Origin: an uncultured Acidobacteriota bacterium
Lineage (GTDB): Bacteria > Actinomycetota > Acidimicrobiia > Spongiisociales > ZC4RG35
Reading direction: 5' to 3'
DNA length: 64,000 bases
NCBI GenBank assembly: GCA_963828465.1
Contig: CAWHEU010000025.1
Coordinates: forward strand, 64,001-128,000
The notes below the pieces were generated by a model. That model was not told where the DNA came from, did not search any database, and worked only from the letters and a program-made list of their open reading frames with translations. The translations under genes were made by a program, and so were the position numbers. Each line of letters begins with the position of its first letter. Within the stretch, counting starts at the first letter, position 1. Of the stretch, positions 42,909-51,567 are shown piece after piece.

Positions 42909-44025
42909 ATGGAGAATCGGGGATTTCTTCTGATCGCCGATATCACCGGATACACGGTTTACCTAAGCCAATCCGAACTCGCGGCATGCCCAGGGAACGC
43001 TCAGCCAGCTGCTTCGAGCTGCTGATCGAACACACCCGACCGCCGCTTCAGATATCGAGCCTGGAGGGAGATGCCGTCTTGAGCTACGCGGTCGGAGGCT
43101 GGCTTCGTCAGCGGCCAGACCTTCATCGAGAGTATCGAGAGCACTTACATCAGCTTCCGCAGAGCGATCGAGCTCATGGTTCTCAACAACACCTGTCGAT
43201 GTAACGCCTGTGCCAATGTCTCCTCACTCGACGTCAAGTTCCTCGTGCATAACGGGCCGTTCGTGATCCAACGCGTCGGCAACACGGCCCAGTTGTTGGG
43301 CAACGACATCAACCTCATCCACCGGCTGCTCAAGAACTCGGTGACGGCCGACACCGGAATTCGGGCCTATCTTCTCTGCACCGATGCGGCGATCAGAGTC
43401 CTGGGAATCGACCCGGCTTCTGAAGCCATGACCCGCCACCAGGAGACGGTCACCGATCTGGGAGACGTCTCCGTCTGGGTCAAGGACATGCACCCGGTGT
43501 ACCAGGCGAGGAGGGACGAGCGGCAGGTCACCTACACAGAGAAAGAGGTCTTGACCACTCTCGAAGCCGAGATCGCGATGCCGAGGGAACTGGTGTGGGA
43601 TTATCTCAACCAGTCCGAATTCCGCAACCTGGTGATCCAGTCCGACTCCTACGAGGTTCTCGACCGCGAGGCCGGCAAGGTCGGCCCCGGCAGCACGTAT
43701 CAGTGTTATCACGGGAAGATGGTCGTTCCTCAATTGGTCGTCGAGTGGCGGCCCTTCGAGCGGGTGCTGCTGAGCCAGCGACTTCCCTTCAAGGGGCGGC
43801 CCGTCCATGTGCTCATCGACTTCCGACTAACGCCGACCGAGGTTGGAACTCGGCTGACCGAGACCCGCCGCCCGGGTCTCCGGACCCGCGGCGAAACGCT
43901 TGTTCGCGCGGCTGTTCATCCGCAGCCAGCGCCAACGCAGCCAGCGCAGCCTCAACGACTTCCAGGACCAGATCCAGGGTGATCTAGCGGCTCATCAAGC
44001 CATCGCTAGCTCGGGAAACGGCTGA
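42909..44025 (+). pseudogene. DUF2652 + SRPBCC protein with several frameshifts
   Basis: GFLLIADITGYT, LEGDAV, CRCNAC..LDVKFLVH, HRLLKN, VVEWRPF across frames. Confidence 0.75.
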
Positions 44026-44389
44026 AGCCGGCCCGGTGGTTCGGTTCCACTCGGAGCAAGGCGTCGGCATTGGGCAGGTCACGCATGGTGGCGATGTAGT
44101 TCTCGGTCGGCTCGCCGTAGACCTCGAAGCCGATAGGTTCCAGGTAGTCGTAGGCAGTTCGGGCCCGGGCGACGGCGCCCTCCATGTGGGCGTCCATGGC
44201 GTCTGCATCGGCGAAAATGTGAACGATGCTGACCATTGTTCCCGCCTCGTTGGCGTAGAAGTTCTGGAAGACCGTTCTGGGCTTTTCCGCCTCGAGATCA
44301 GGCAGCACCTGGTCCACACTGCTCCACAACTCGCCCTCGCGCCCCTCCTTGATGTGAAAGTGGCTGATGTAGACAATTGGTCCAGACAT
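44006..44389 (-). CDS. Hypothetical protein, ABM-like dimeric alpha-beta barrel
   Basis: IVYISHFHIKEG, VHIFADADAMDAH, FEVYG. Confidence 0.65.
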   Translation of the reverse strand: MSGPIVYISHFHIKEGREGELWSSVDQVLPDLEAEKPRTVFQNFYANEAGTMVSIVHIFADADAMDAHMEGAVARARTAYDYLEPIGFEVYGEPTENYIATMRDLPNADALLRVEPNHRAGFSRFPS

Positions 44390-44590
44390 GACTGCGAAGC
44401 TAGTGCGAGGGACCTCGAGCGCGTCCATGCACCGCTAGGCCCCAGATAGAAACTGAGCGGCTTCATTCCAATGAACCAGGTCAGGTCCTTCAGCTCACCG
44501 CGTCGGTGATTTGCCTAAACGGAGCGGTCAGTAAGACCACGAAATGAAGAACCAGGCCGTCCGGCCCTTCTGCTTCACAGGTTGCATCAG

Positions 44591-44632
44591 CGCGCCCGGG
44601 GCGACTCGAACACCCAACCTCCTGATCCGTAG
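44591..44632 (-). repeat. 3' half of a tRNA-Arg(ACG), att-like scar in inverted orientation
   Basis: Minus strand CTACGGATCAGGAGGTTGGGTGTTCGAGTCGCCCCGGGCGCG; 5' half absent. Confidence 0.8.
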
Positions 44633-44852
44633 ATCTCCAAGCCCTGTCCATGTGTGTCCATGAGCGTCGGCAGAGCCAGAAGCAACGGCCATCGCTTCCA
44701 CCTGCATCCACGGCGGTCCTCGGCGATCCAGAGCGGATGGATCCCGACCATGACCGATTTCGAGATCATCGAAGCTGGGGTCGCCGCCCTGTATTCGGGC
44801 GACGCCGACACCCGTCAGTTTGCCCGTTATCGTCGGTCGTAGGGAGGTGCCT

Positions 44853-45320
44853 GTGATCGAGTATCAGGGTGAAACAATCATCGAACGCCCCGTGGATCAG
44901 GTGTTCGCCTACGCCGCCGCCTACAAGAACCTTCCTGAATGGTCTGATGTGTCTGACGTCGCCATGCTCACCGATGACCCGGTGGGTCAGGGCTCCCGGC
45001 TCAGGATGACGATGGGGAAGGGACCAATGCGAGCCACCCTCGACTTCGACATCGCCGCATGGGAGCCGAATCAGACCTGGAGCTACACAACTGTGCCTCC
45101 CGCCTGGATTCTTTGGGATGCCACGTATTCGGTGGAGCCGATCAGTCCCACCCCGACTCGAATCACCACTCACGGCCAGATCACGCTGAAAGGCTGGAGG
45201 CGCATCCTCGAGCCTCTGGTCCGCGGCGAAGTCGGCAAGAACGAGCAGCTCGAGCTCGACAAACTCAAGACAATCATCGAGCAACTGCCAAGCCCAGAAA
45301 CCGACGACCAAGGAAGCTAA
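44853..45320 (+). CDS. SRPBCC (polyketide cyclase-like) protein
   Basis: GGGAGG RBS; IERPVDQVFAY...NLPEW...LDKLKTIIE. Confidence 0.8.
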   Translation: MIEYQGETIIERPVDQVFAYAAAYKNLPEWSDVSDVAMLTDDPVGQGSRLRMTMGKGPMRATLDFDIAAWEPNQTWSYTTVPPAWILWDATYSVEPISPTPTRITTHGQITLKGWRRILEPLVRGEVGKNEQLELDKLKTIIEQLPSPETDDQGS

Positions 45321-45442
45321 AGGACGCTGCTCCGGCTTGGCTGTAACGTTTACCGACAAGGGTCGGGAGTCTGCTGAAAACGCGTCGTTGACACCTCGCG
45401 AGCTGGCGGACATTTGCGGACCGCCGGTCCAATCTCCCGTTC

Positions 45443-45580
45443 GAAATTGAGCACCGGAACGCGCCGACTCTAGAGAACGCGAAAAGCCTATGTTCATTGG
45501 GGATTTCGGGTGTTTAGAGGCCCGAATACAGAGCGTGTTTCCTAAACCGGGTGTCGCAGGTTCGAATCCTGCCGAGGGCA
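45443..45580 (+). repeat. att-like repeat R2 (conserved arm + tRNA-Arg 3' half)
   Basis: GAAATTGAGCACCGGAACG...GTTTCCTAAACCGGGTGTCGCAGGTTCGAATCCTGCCGAGGGC. Confidence 0.95.
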
Positions 45581-45690
45581 CCGAACCCTTGCTTTCCCAT
45601 GGCCAGTCATTGACTTTCGTGGGCTGGGCTTGTCGAGGGCAGCCACCGTTCAAGCGACGTGGCGCCTCACGTTGCGCTTACGTAACGGCT

Positions 45691-46959
45691 ATGCGGCAAC
45701 CTGAGGGCATGAGGGAAAGCGCTGAGCGGCCGGCGAGCCCGACACATCCGACCGCGCCCATCGCACGCGGTGACCCTGGGAATGGTGTTCGGGCAACACC
45801 GAACCGGCCTTGGATCTGGGTGGCCGCTGCTCTCCTTCTCATCGTTGGCGTCTCATTCTTTCTCTACCTGCTGGCCGACTCCGACTATCGTGGGGAAGAG
45901 ACGCAATGGCCCTTGGGACTCGCCGCGCTCGTGTTCGTCGTGGTCGGCGCACTGTTGGTCGCCCTATGGACCGGCGGCCACCGGGTGGGCTGGATCCTTT
46001 CAGCCACCGGTCTTGCGTTGCTCATCAGCGGGGCAGCCGGGCTCCAGGCCGATGAGGGTGACCTGGTTGGCGAGGCCGTCGGTGGGGCGTGGCTGACGTG
46101 GTTCTTTCTGGTCGGCCTTCTCATGTATGGTTTCCGACCCGGGCATCCGGTGTCGCCTCGGTGGCGCTGGATCGCTTGGATGGGCGTCATCGGCGAGGGT
46201 TTCAGTCTCACCTATGTTGTTAGCGACCAACTGTGCGTCGAACACGGGGACGAAGCCTGTCTTGGCATGGGCGGACAACCCAATCGGCATCCAGAGCATG
46301 CCAAACCCGGAAAAACGGACCCTTGGCCGAATTGACCTTCCTGTTGATAGCTCTTTTTGCGATCTTGGCCGCGGTCTCTCAGGTGGTCCGGTACGTACGT
46401 TCCCGGGGGGTGGAGCGGCTCCAGATCAAGTGGTTCGCCTTCGCCGTCATCAGCGTCTTTGCGTTGATGTTGGTGGAAGGCGCCCTGCGAGATGTGCTCC
46501 CGCTCTCCCGACACTGGTCTGGGACCTACTCCTCGGCTCTGGCAGTTTCCGCACTGCCAGTCGCCATCGGCGCATCGGTGATGCGCTACGGGCTGTATGA
46601 GATCGATCGGATCATTTCTCGCACGGTACTCCTACGCGATCGTGATAGCCGTACTCGGATGGGTGTACCTAGCTGGCCTGACCGCACTCAGCTCACTGCT
46701 CCCTGCTGAATCGCCGCTGGCAGTGGCCGCCTCGACATTGGCGATAGCCGCATTGTTCAACCCCTTGCGCAAACGCGTCCAAGATTGGGTCGATCGCCGC
46801 TTCAATCGATCGCGCTTCGACGCCGAGCGGGTCATGACCCGGTTCGCCGAGTCCCTTCGGGATGAGGTCGATCCCGAGGCGGTCCTTGCTGGATGGGTCT
46901 CCGTGGTTTCGGAGACGATGCGCCCATCCACGAGCGCAGTGTGGGTTAGGGGCTCATGA
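45691..46959 (+). pseudogene. Multi-TM sensor-like membrane protein, frameshifted (unit 2)
   Basis: HRVGW, SPRWRW, RGVERLQIKWF, RYGLYEIDRIISRT, VDRRFNR across three ORFs. Confidence 0.75.
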
Positions 46960-47077
46960 AGGCGGTGCTCCCGTGGCTCCCGAGACGTCGAATCCGCTCA
47001 GATTCGATCAGTCAGCGGGGTTTCGCTCGTCGCGGTCGTCGAAAGATTTCTATCGGAATAGGCGCAAGCGGGAGATC

Positions 47078-47216
47078 AGATTGAGCACCGGAACGTGCGA
47101 ACCTGATAGAGAACGCGAAAACCCCATGTTTATTGGCGTTTTCAGGTGTTTAGAGGCCCGAATACAGAGCAGGTTTCCTAAACCGGGTGTCGCAGGTTCG
47201 AATCCTGCCGAGGGCG
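47078..47216 (+). repeat. att-like repeat R3
   Basis: Same arm; tRNA-identical segment 47172-47216. Confidence 0.95.
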
Positions 47217-47236
47217 CACGATCCGGGGTAGCGATG

Positions 47237-48121
47237 TCAGCTAGCGGCAGCTACCACATCGAGAATCGCCTCAATGACGAGCTGGGGGTCTGCTTCTTCG
47301 ACCGCGTGCCCTGTGGTCACCACGATCTGCTTCGCACTGGGACTCAACACCAGCCAACCCTTCTGGTCCTCGACATTGGTCTGCTCGCCCGGAAACTCGG
47401 CATTGGGTCCATAGTCATTGGAGATGACCGTCACTGGGATGTCACCGATCTCCGTGCGCCCCGCCCAAGCATCCTTCTCTACCTGGAGGTAGTCCCGCTT
47501 CTCGATGTTGGACGGGCTGTCCCAGGCTGTCAGCTCGACGATCTCCTGCGGCGGGTCAACGAACGGGGATGGCGTCTCGACGAAGACCATGCCCGCCACC
47601 TCGTCGGGATGAGCGAACGCAAATCCAGCGGTGATGTAACCGCCCCCAGAAGTACCCACCAACACGTACGGCCCTTCGACATCAGCCGAATCGAGGAGAG
47701 CCTCGAGATCCCCCACTAGCTCCGACAGGCCGCGTGGTCCCTCAGCAGGATCGCTCCGGCCCAGATTCGCCCGGTCGTATACACAGGTTCGGGTCACGGC
47801 GGCGATATCGACCACGGCGAAGCCGTACGAGCTGCTGGTGTCTTCGTCGCCGCCCTCCATGATCACGGTCGGACTGCCCGACCCCCTGCAGCGGAGATAC
47901 AGGCTCCGCCCGCCGATGTCGACAACTTGGTCGATCTCCCCAACGGTGGATGCAGTCGACATCGTGGTAGACGCAACGGCGGTGATGTCCGGGGTAGAGA
48001 CGGGCTCTTCCGACGAAGACGAATCTGTGCCCTCCTCGGCTGAACAGCCGAGGGACACCAGAAGCGCGAGGCCTGCGAGGCCGAGCGCCGTTCTGCGTCG
48101 ATCGATGCCGGACGCCCTCAA
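47237..48121 (-). CDS. Alpha/beta hydrolase lipoprotein (unit 3)
   Basis: SLGC lipobox, YDRANLGRSD, GTSGG nucleophile elbow, TGH. Confidence 0.85.
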   Translation of the reverse strand: MRASGIDRRRTALGLAGLALLVSLGCSAEEGTDSSSSEEPVSTPDITAVASTTMSTASTVGEIDQVVDIGGRSLYLRCRGSGSPTVIMEGGDEDTSSSYGFAVVDIAAVTRTCVYDRANLGRSDPAEGPRGLSELVGDLEALLDSADVEGPYVLVGTSGGGYITAGFAFAHPDEVAGMVFVETPSPFVDPPQEIVELTAWDSPSNIEKRDYLQVEKDAWAGRTEIGDIPVTVISNDYGPNAEFPGEQTNVEDQKGWLVLSPSAKQIVVTTGHAVEEADPQLVIEAILDVVAAAS

Positions 48122-48301
48122 GTCGCCCCAATCCGACCACGGATCGTCTGATTACTCCCCACCAAGATGTCCTCCCTTCACCCGCCCAGGACTGAACCCG
48201 AGTCCGACACCCGCATTCGCAGACGCAGACCGCAAGGTAACTACTAAAGCGCCGCAATGCCGCCTGACGAGTGCGCCTGGTCGTAGTGGATGAGCGCAAC
48301 C

Positions 48302-48447
48302 GAAACTCCGCACCGGAACTGCCAGACCTGGAATACGCGAAAACCCTATGTTCCCCATGTTCATTGGCGTTTTCGGGTGTTCAGAGGCCCAAATACAAAG
48401 CAGGTTTCCTAAACCGGGTGTCGCAGGTTCGAATCCTGCCGAGGGCG
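48302..48447 (+). repeat. att-like repeat R4
   Basis: Arm with a short internal ATGTTC duplication; tRNA segment 48403-48447. Confidence 0.95.
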
Positions 48448-48578
48448 CTGAGCGTGGTTTCCCCTCGTATTCATTGACTTCTACGAGTGGGTCCTTGGGC
48501 TGGAGGGATATATCCCGTTGTGGATTCAGGGCGGAGCTTGGGCCGTCACGGCCACTGATCGCTGTGTTCTAATCGGCC

Positions 48579-49136
48579 ATGTCACAAAGGGCCAAAGGGT
48601 TGGCGGTGTCCTTGGGAGGTCTGACCTGGCTGGCGGGCGTTGCGATCCTGGAACTGACCTTCGACTCGTCGTCGGAAGACGACCTGCCGGTCATCTTTCT
48701 ATTGCTGGCAGTGTTTGCTGGCACGGCTGTTGGCTGGGGCTGTTGGAGCGCATCGCCGACTCTCGAACGCAGGCTGAGCCGAGTGGGCCTTAGGAGCGTG
48801 GCCGTGTGTTCGTTCGTCCTCGGGTTGGGGTTCGGATTGGCCTTCGTCCCGGACATGTTCCTGGCGTTCCTGCTCTCGTACAGCATCGGTTTGTTTCTTC
48901 TACCCGTGGCGTTCTTGGTGTTCGGCTTAGGGATTGCCAAGTCGACGGTCTATCCAGGATGGGCGAAATGGCTTCCATTCGTGGTCTTCGCTGTCGCCTT
49001 GATCACATATGGTTTTCACGCCCTGGCGCGCAATGTCTGGGACCCGAGTGACGCTGTTTGGTATACGGCGCTAGGTCTCGGATGGGTAGTCCTCGGGGCC
49101 GCTATCGCCTCCTTCCGAATTCCGAGCCGCGTGTAA
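48579..49136 (+). CDS. Hypothetical membrane protein (unit 4)
   Basis: Multi-TM ORF. Confidence 0.7.
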   Translation: MSQRAKGLAVSLGGLTWLAGVAILELTFDSSSEDDLPVIFLLLAVFAGTAVGWGCWSASPTLERRLSRVGLRSVAVCSFVLGLGFGLAFVPDMFLAFLLSYSIGLFLLPVAFLVFGLGIAKSTVYPGWAKWLPFVVFAVALITYGFHALARNVWDPSDAVWYTALGLGWVVLGAAIASFRIPSRV

Positions 49137-49403
49137 GCCAAGGCTCCGATTCAGCGACTACCTACGCGAGATGACACAGCAGCACTCCAGTTGATAAGCG
49201 AAAAGGTCGATGTCGACTGCTAACGCCATTCCATTAGCTCGCTCTCACCTTGTGACCTCTCAGCTCGTGAGCCACCAGCAGATAACGGTCGCAGACGCAT
49301 TTCGGAACAGAGCACGAGATGCCTTCAATGTGCTCTCGGCGGGGATGCCCGCAGTGGTCACAACGCGCCTTTGAAGGGTTCCGTGAAGGGTTTCGTCGTT
49401 CCA

Positions 49404-49787
49404 CTATGAGAGGGTCTGGGACTGTTGGAGGCGTTCGAGATGGTCGCGGTCACGTTGCGTCCGCCGCCTTCTCGACCGGTAGAAAAGGCCGAACAACTCG
49501 GCGAAGACGACGCCGATGAGAATTGCGCCAAGGATGAGGACGATCAAAGGGGTCGAGAAGTCCCATGCCGTGAAGGTCACAGTGATGCTGGCTGTGTTCT
49601 GTGCGGCCAGGATCAGGACACCAATCGCCAACACCACCCCGATGATGAGCCCCCAGAAGAGGCCCGTGCCGACAAAGACCCGCTCTTTGGTTGCCGGTTG
49701 AGCGGTTGTCGAGGGTTCGGCTGTTGCGTCAGATATCAAGACAGTCCGATCACTCACTTCGCTTGAGATCGTGTTCGGCTGGCTCAT
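49404..49787 (-). CDS. LapA/DUF1049 family membrane protein
   Basis: ILAAQNT.S+TVTF..W.F..PL.V. Confidence 0.75.
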   Translation of the reverse strand: MSQPNTISSEVSDRTVLISDATAEPSTTAQPATKERVFVGTGLFWGLIIGVVLAIGVLILAAQNTASITVTFTAWDFSTPLIVLILGAILIGVVFAELFGLFYRSRRRRTQRDRDHLERLQQSQTLS

Positions 49788-50057
49788 TTCGACCGCGACG
49801 CGATAGGCGGCGGTGGGGTGGGTGACATCGTTATCGGCACAGGGACAAGACGATCAACCCCGATCGGCCACGGTCGTCGATACACGATTTCGGCGAGACG
49901 GGTTTTGAATGTCAACTCGAATCTGTTCCCGGTAAGGGCCACAACAAAGCTCCTTCGTTTGCGATCTACTTGAGAGATTACTTGCAATCTAACTATATGT
50001 CAAATAAGATGCCTGGCCAACACCTGACACACAAGTCCTGAAGGGAGCGCGTAGCGA

Positions 50058-50588
50058 ATGGACGATCGTATTGACAGCATCATTCGGGAGTGGCATGAAC
50101 GTCGGCCCGACCTCGACTTCTCGCCTCTCGAAATCGTGGCTCGAGTGATACGCGCCTCGCACTTCCTTCAAGACAGATTGGACCGGATCGCTGAGGCTTA
50201 CGGTCTGAGCCATACCGGCGACCTCGACGTTCTCACCGATCTCGACCGGGCCGGCCCGCCCCATCAGCGAACACCCTCAGAGCTGGCCGAGACCCTCCTC
50301 CTCACCACGGGAGGCATGACCGTCCGTCTCAACCGTCTGCAAAAGGCCGGGCTCGTCGAACGGCTCCCCAACCCTCGAGACGGCCGAGGTGTCCTAGTGC
50401 GTCTCACCCCGATCGGAAAGGAACTGGCCGAAGATGCCCTGGCCACGCTCCTCGACACCCAAGCGGCCAGCCTTGGAACACTCCAACACTCAGAACAGAT
50501 CGACCTGGCCACCCTGCTCCGAACCCTCCTCACAGCTCTCGGCGACACCCCGGCATTCCGACCCGCCATCGCAGTGCAACGCGGATGA
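50058..50588 (+). CDS. MarR family regulator
   Basis: W..RPDLD, TPSELA, GGMT.RL.RL, DGRGV.V.LT..G. Confidence 0.9.
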   Translation: MDDRIDSIIREWHERRPDLDFSPLEIVARVIRASHFLQDRLDRIAEAYGLSHTGDLDVLTDLDRAGPPHQRTPSELAETLLLTTGGMTVRLNRLQKAGLVERLPNPRDGRGVLVRLTPIGKELAEDALATLLDTQAASLGTLQHSEQIDLATLLRTLLTALGDTPAFRPAIAVQRG

Positions 50589-50633
50589 GCTGAACACGGT
50601 CAAACGACAAAGGCCCCCCGTCGGAATGTCCTC

Positions 50634-50730
50634 AAACCCTATGTTCATTGGCGTTTTCGGGTGTTCAGAGGACCGAACACAGAGCAGGTTTCCTAAACCG
50701 GGTGTCGCAGTTCGAATCCTGCCGAGGGCG
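50634..50730 (+). repeat. att-like repeat R5 (5'-truncated arm, 1-nt deletion in the T arm)
   Basis: AAACCCTATGTTCATTGGCGTTTTCGGGTGTTCAGAGG...GGTTTCCTAAACCGGGTGTCGCAGTTCGAATCC. Confidence 0.93.
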
Positions 50731-50852
50731 CCGACCTCCGTTTTATGTTGTATTCATTGACTTTCTGGGGCTGACCTTTGTCAAGGATTCTTGGGGCTGG
50801 TCTCGGCGCTTGGCGGCGCATCATGCGTTAAGAGTCGAGCGGTAGGTTCACC

Positions 50853-51248
50853 ATGATGAAGCTTCTGCGCCTGTTCGCCGACGACAACGGAGAGTCGCAC
50901 TTCGAGGACGTCGAAATAGCGTTTGAGGAAGTCGACGACTACTTCGAGAACACGCCACCAGTGTTGTTCTCCCCCTTCGAAGCCGCCTCTGAGTACGGCT
51001 TTGAGCGTGTTCCGCCGGGGTGGGTCGGATCATGGCATCCGGCACCGCACCGTGTTTTGGCGATCTATCTGTCGGGAGAACTAGAGATTGAAGCTTCTGA
51101 CGGAGAGGTTCGTCCGATTGGGCCCGGGACCATTCTTCTCGCAGAGGACACAACAGGCAAGGGTCATCGGAACCGTGTGACGAGCCCTACCGAGTTGGAG
51201 ATGGTCTTCATAACACTCCCAGACGGGGCGGCAAACGACCGCTCATAA
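50853..51248 (+). CDS. Cupin-domain protein (only gene of unit 5)
   Basis: ADDNGESHFED, WHPAP, AEDTTGKGH. Confidence 0.85.
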   Translation: MMKLLRLFADDNGESHFEDVEIAFEEVDDYFENTPPVLFSPFEAASEYGFERVPPGWVGSWHPAPHRVLAIYLSGELEIEASDGEVRPIGPGTILLAEDTTGKGHRNRVTSPTELEMVFITLPDGAANDRS

Positions 51249-51357
51249 CGACCTGATTCTTCGACTCTTCTTGGGGAATCCCGAGATTCCTTGTCGTGTA
51301 AGGGTGGGCTCGGACGCCTTCAGAGTCGAGCAGCGTCAGACTGGAAGGAGCGCAACT

Positions 51358-51496
51358 GAAACTGAGCACCGGAACGCGCCCAACCTAGAGAACGCGAAAA
51401 CCCCATCTTCATTGGCGTTTTCGGGAGTTTAGAGGCCCAAATACAGAGCAGGTTTTCCTAAACCGGGTGTCGCAGGTTCGAATCCTGCCGAGGGCG
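51358..51496 (+). repeat. att-like repeat R6 (extra T before the anticodon)
   Basis: GAAACTGAGCACCGGAACGCGCC...GGTTTTCCTAAACCGGGTGTCGCAGGTTCGAATCCTGCCGAGGGCG. Confidence 0.95.
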
Positions 51497-51567
51497 CCGA
51501 ACCCCATCGATCAAGAATCGAAGCGCCCCTTCCTTCTCCCTTCAATGACTAAAAGCAAGGGTAAGTT

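Noticed and set aside
41694-50760. Recurring ORF peptide FPKPGVAGSNPAEG as a protein family
   Set aside because: It is only the translation of the tRNA-derived repeat.
42126-50790. TTGACT in the downstream motif as a -35 promoter box
   Set aside because: No consistent -10 hexamer at about 17 bp in the copies checked.
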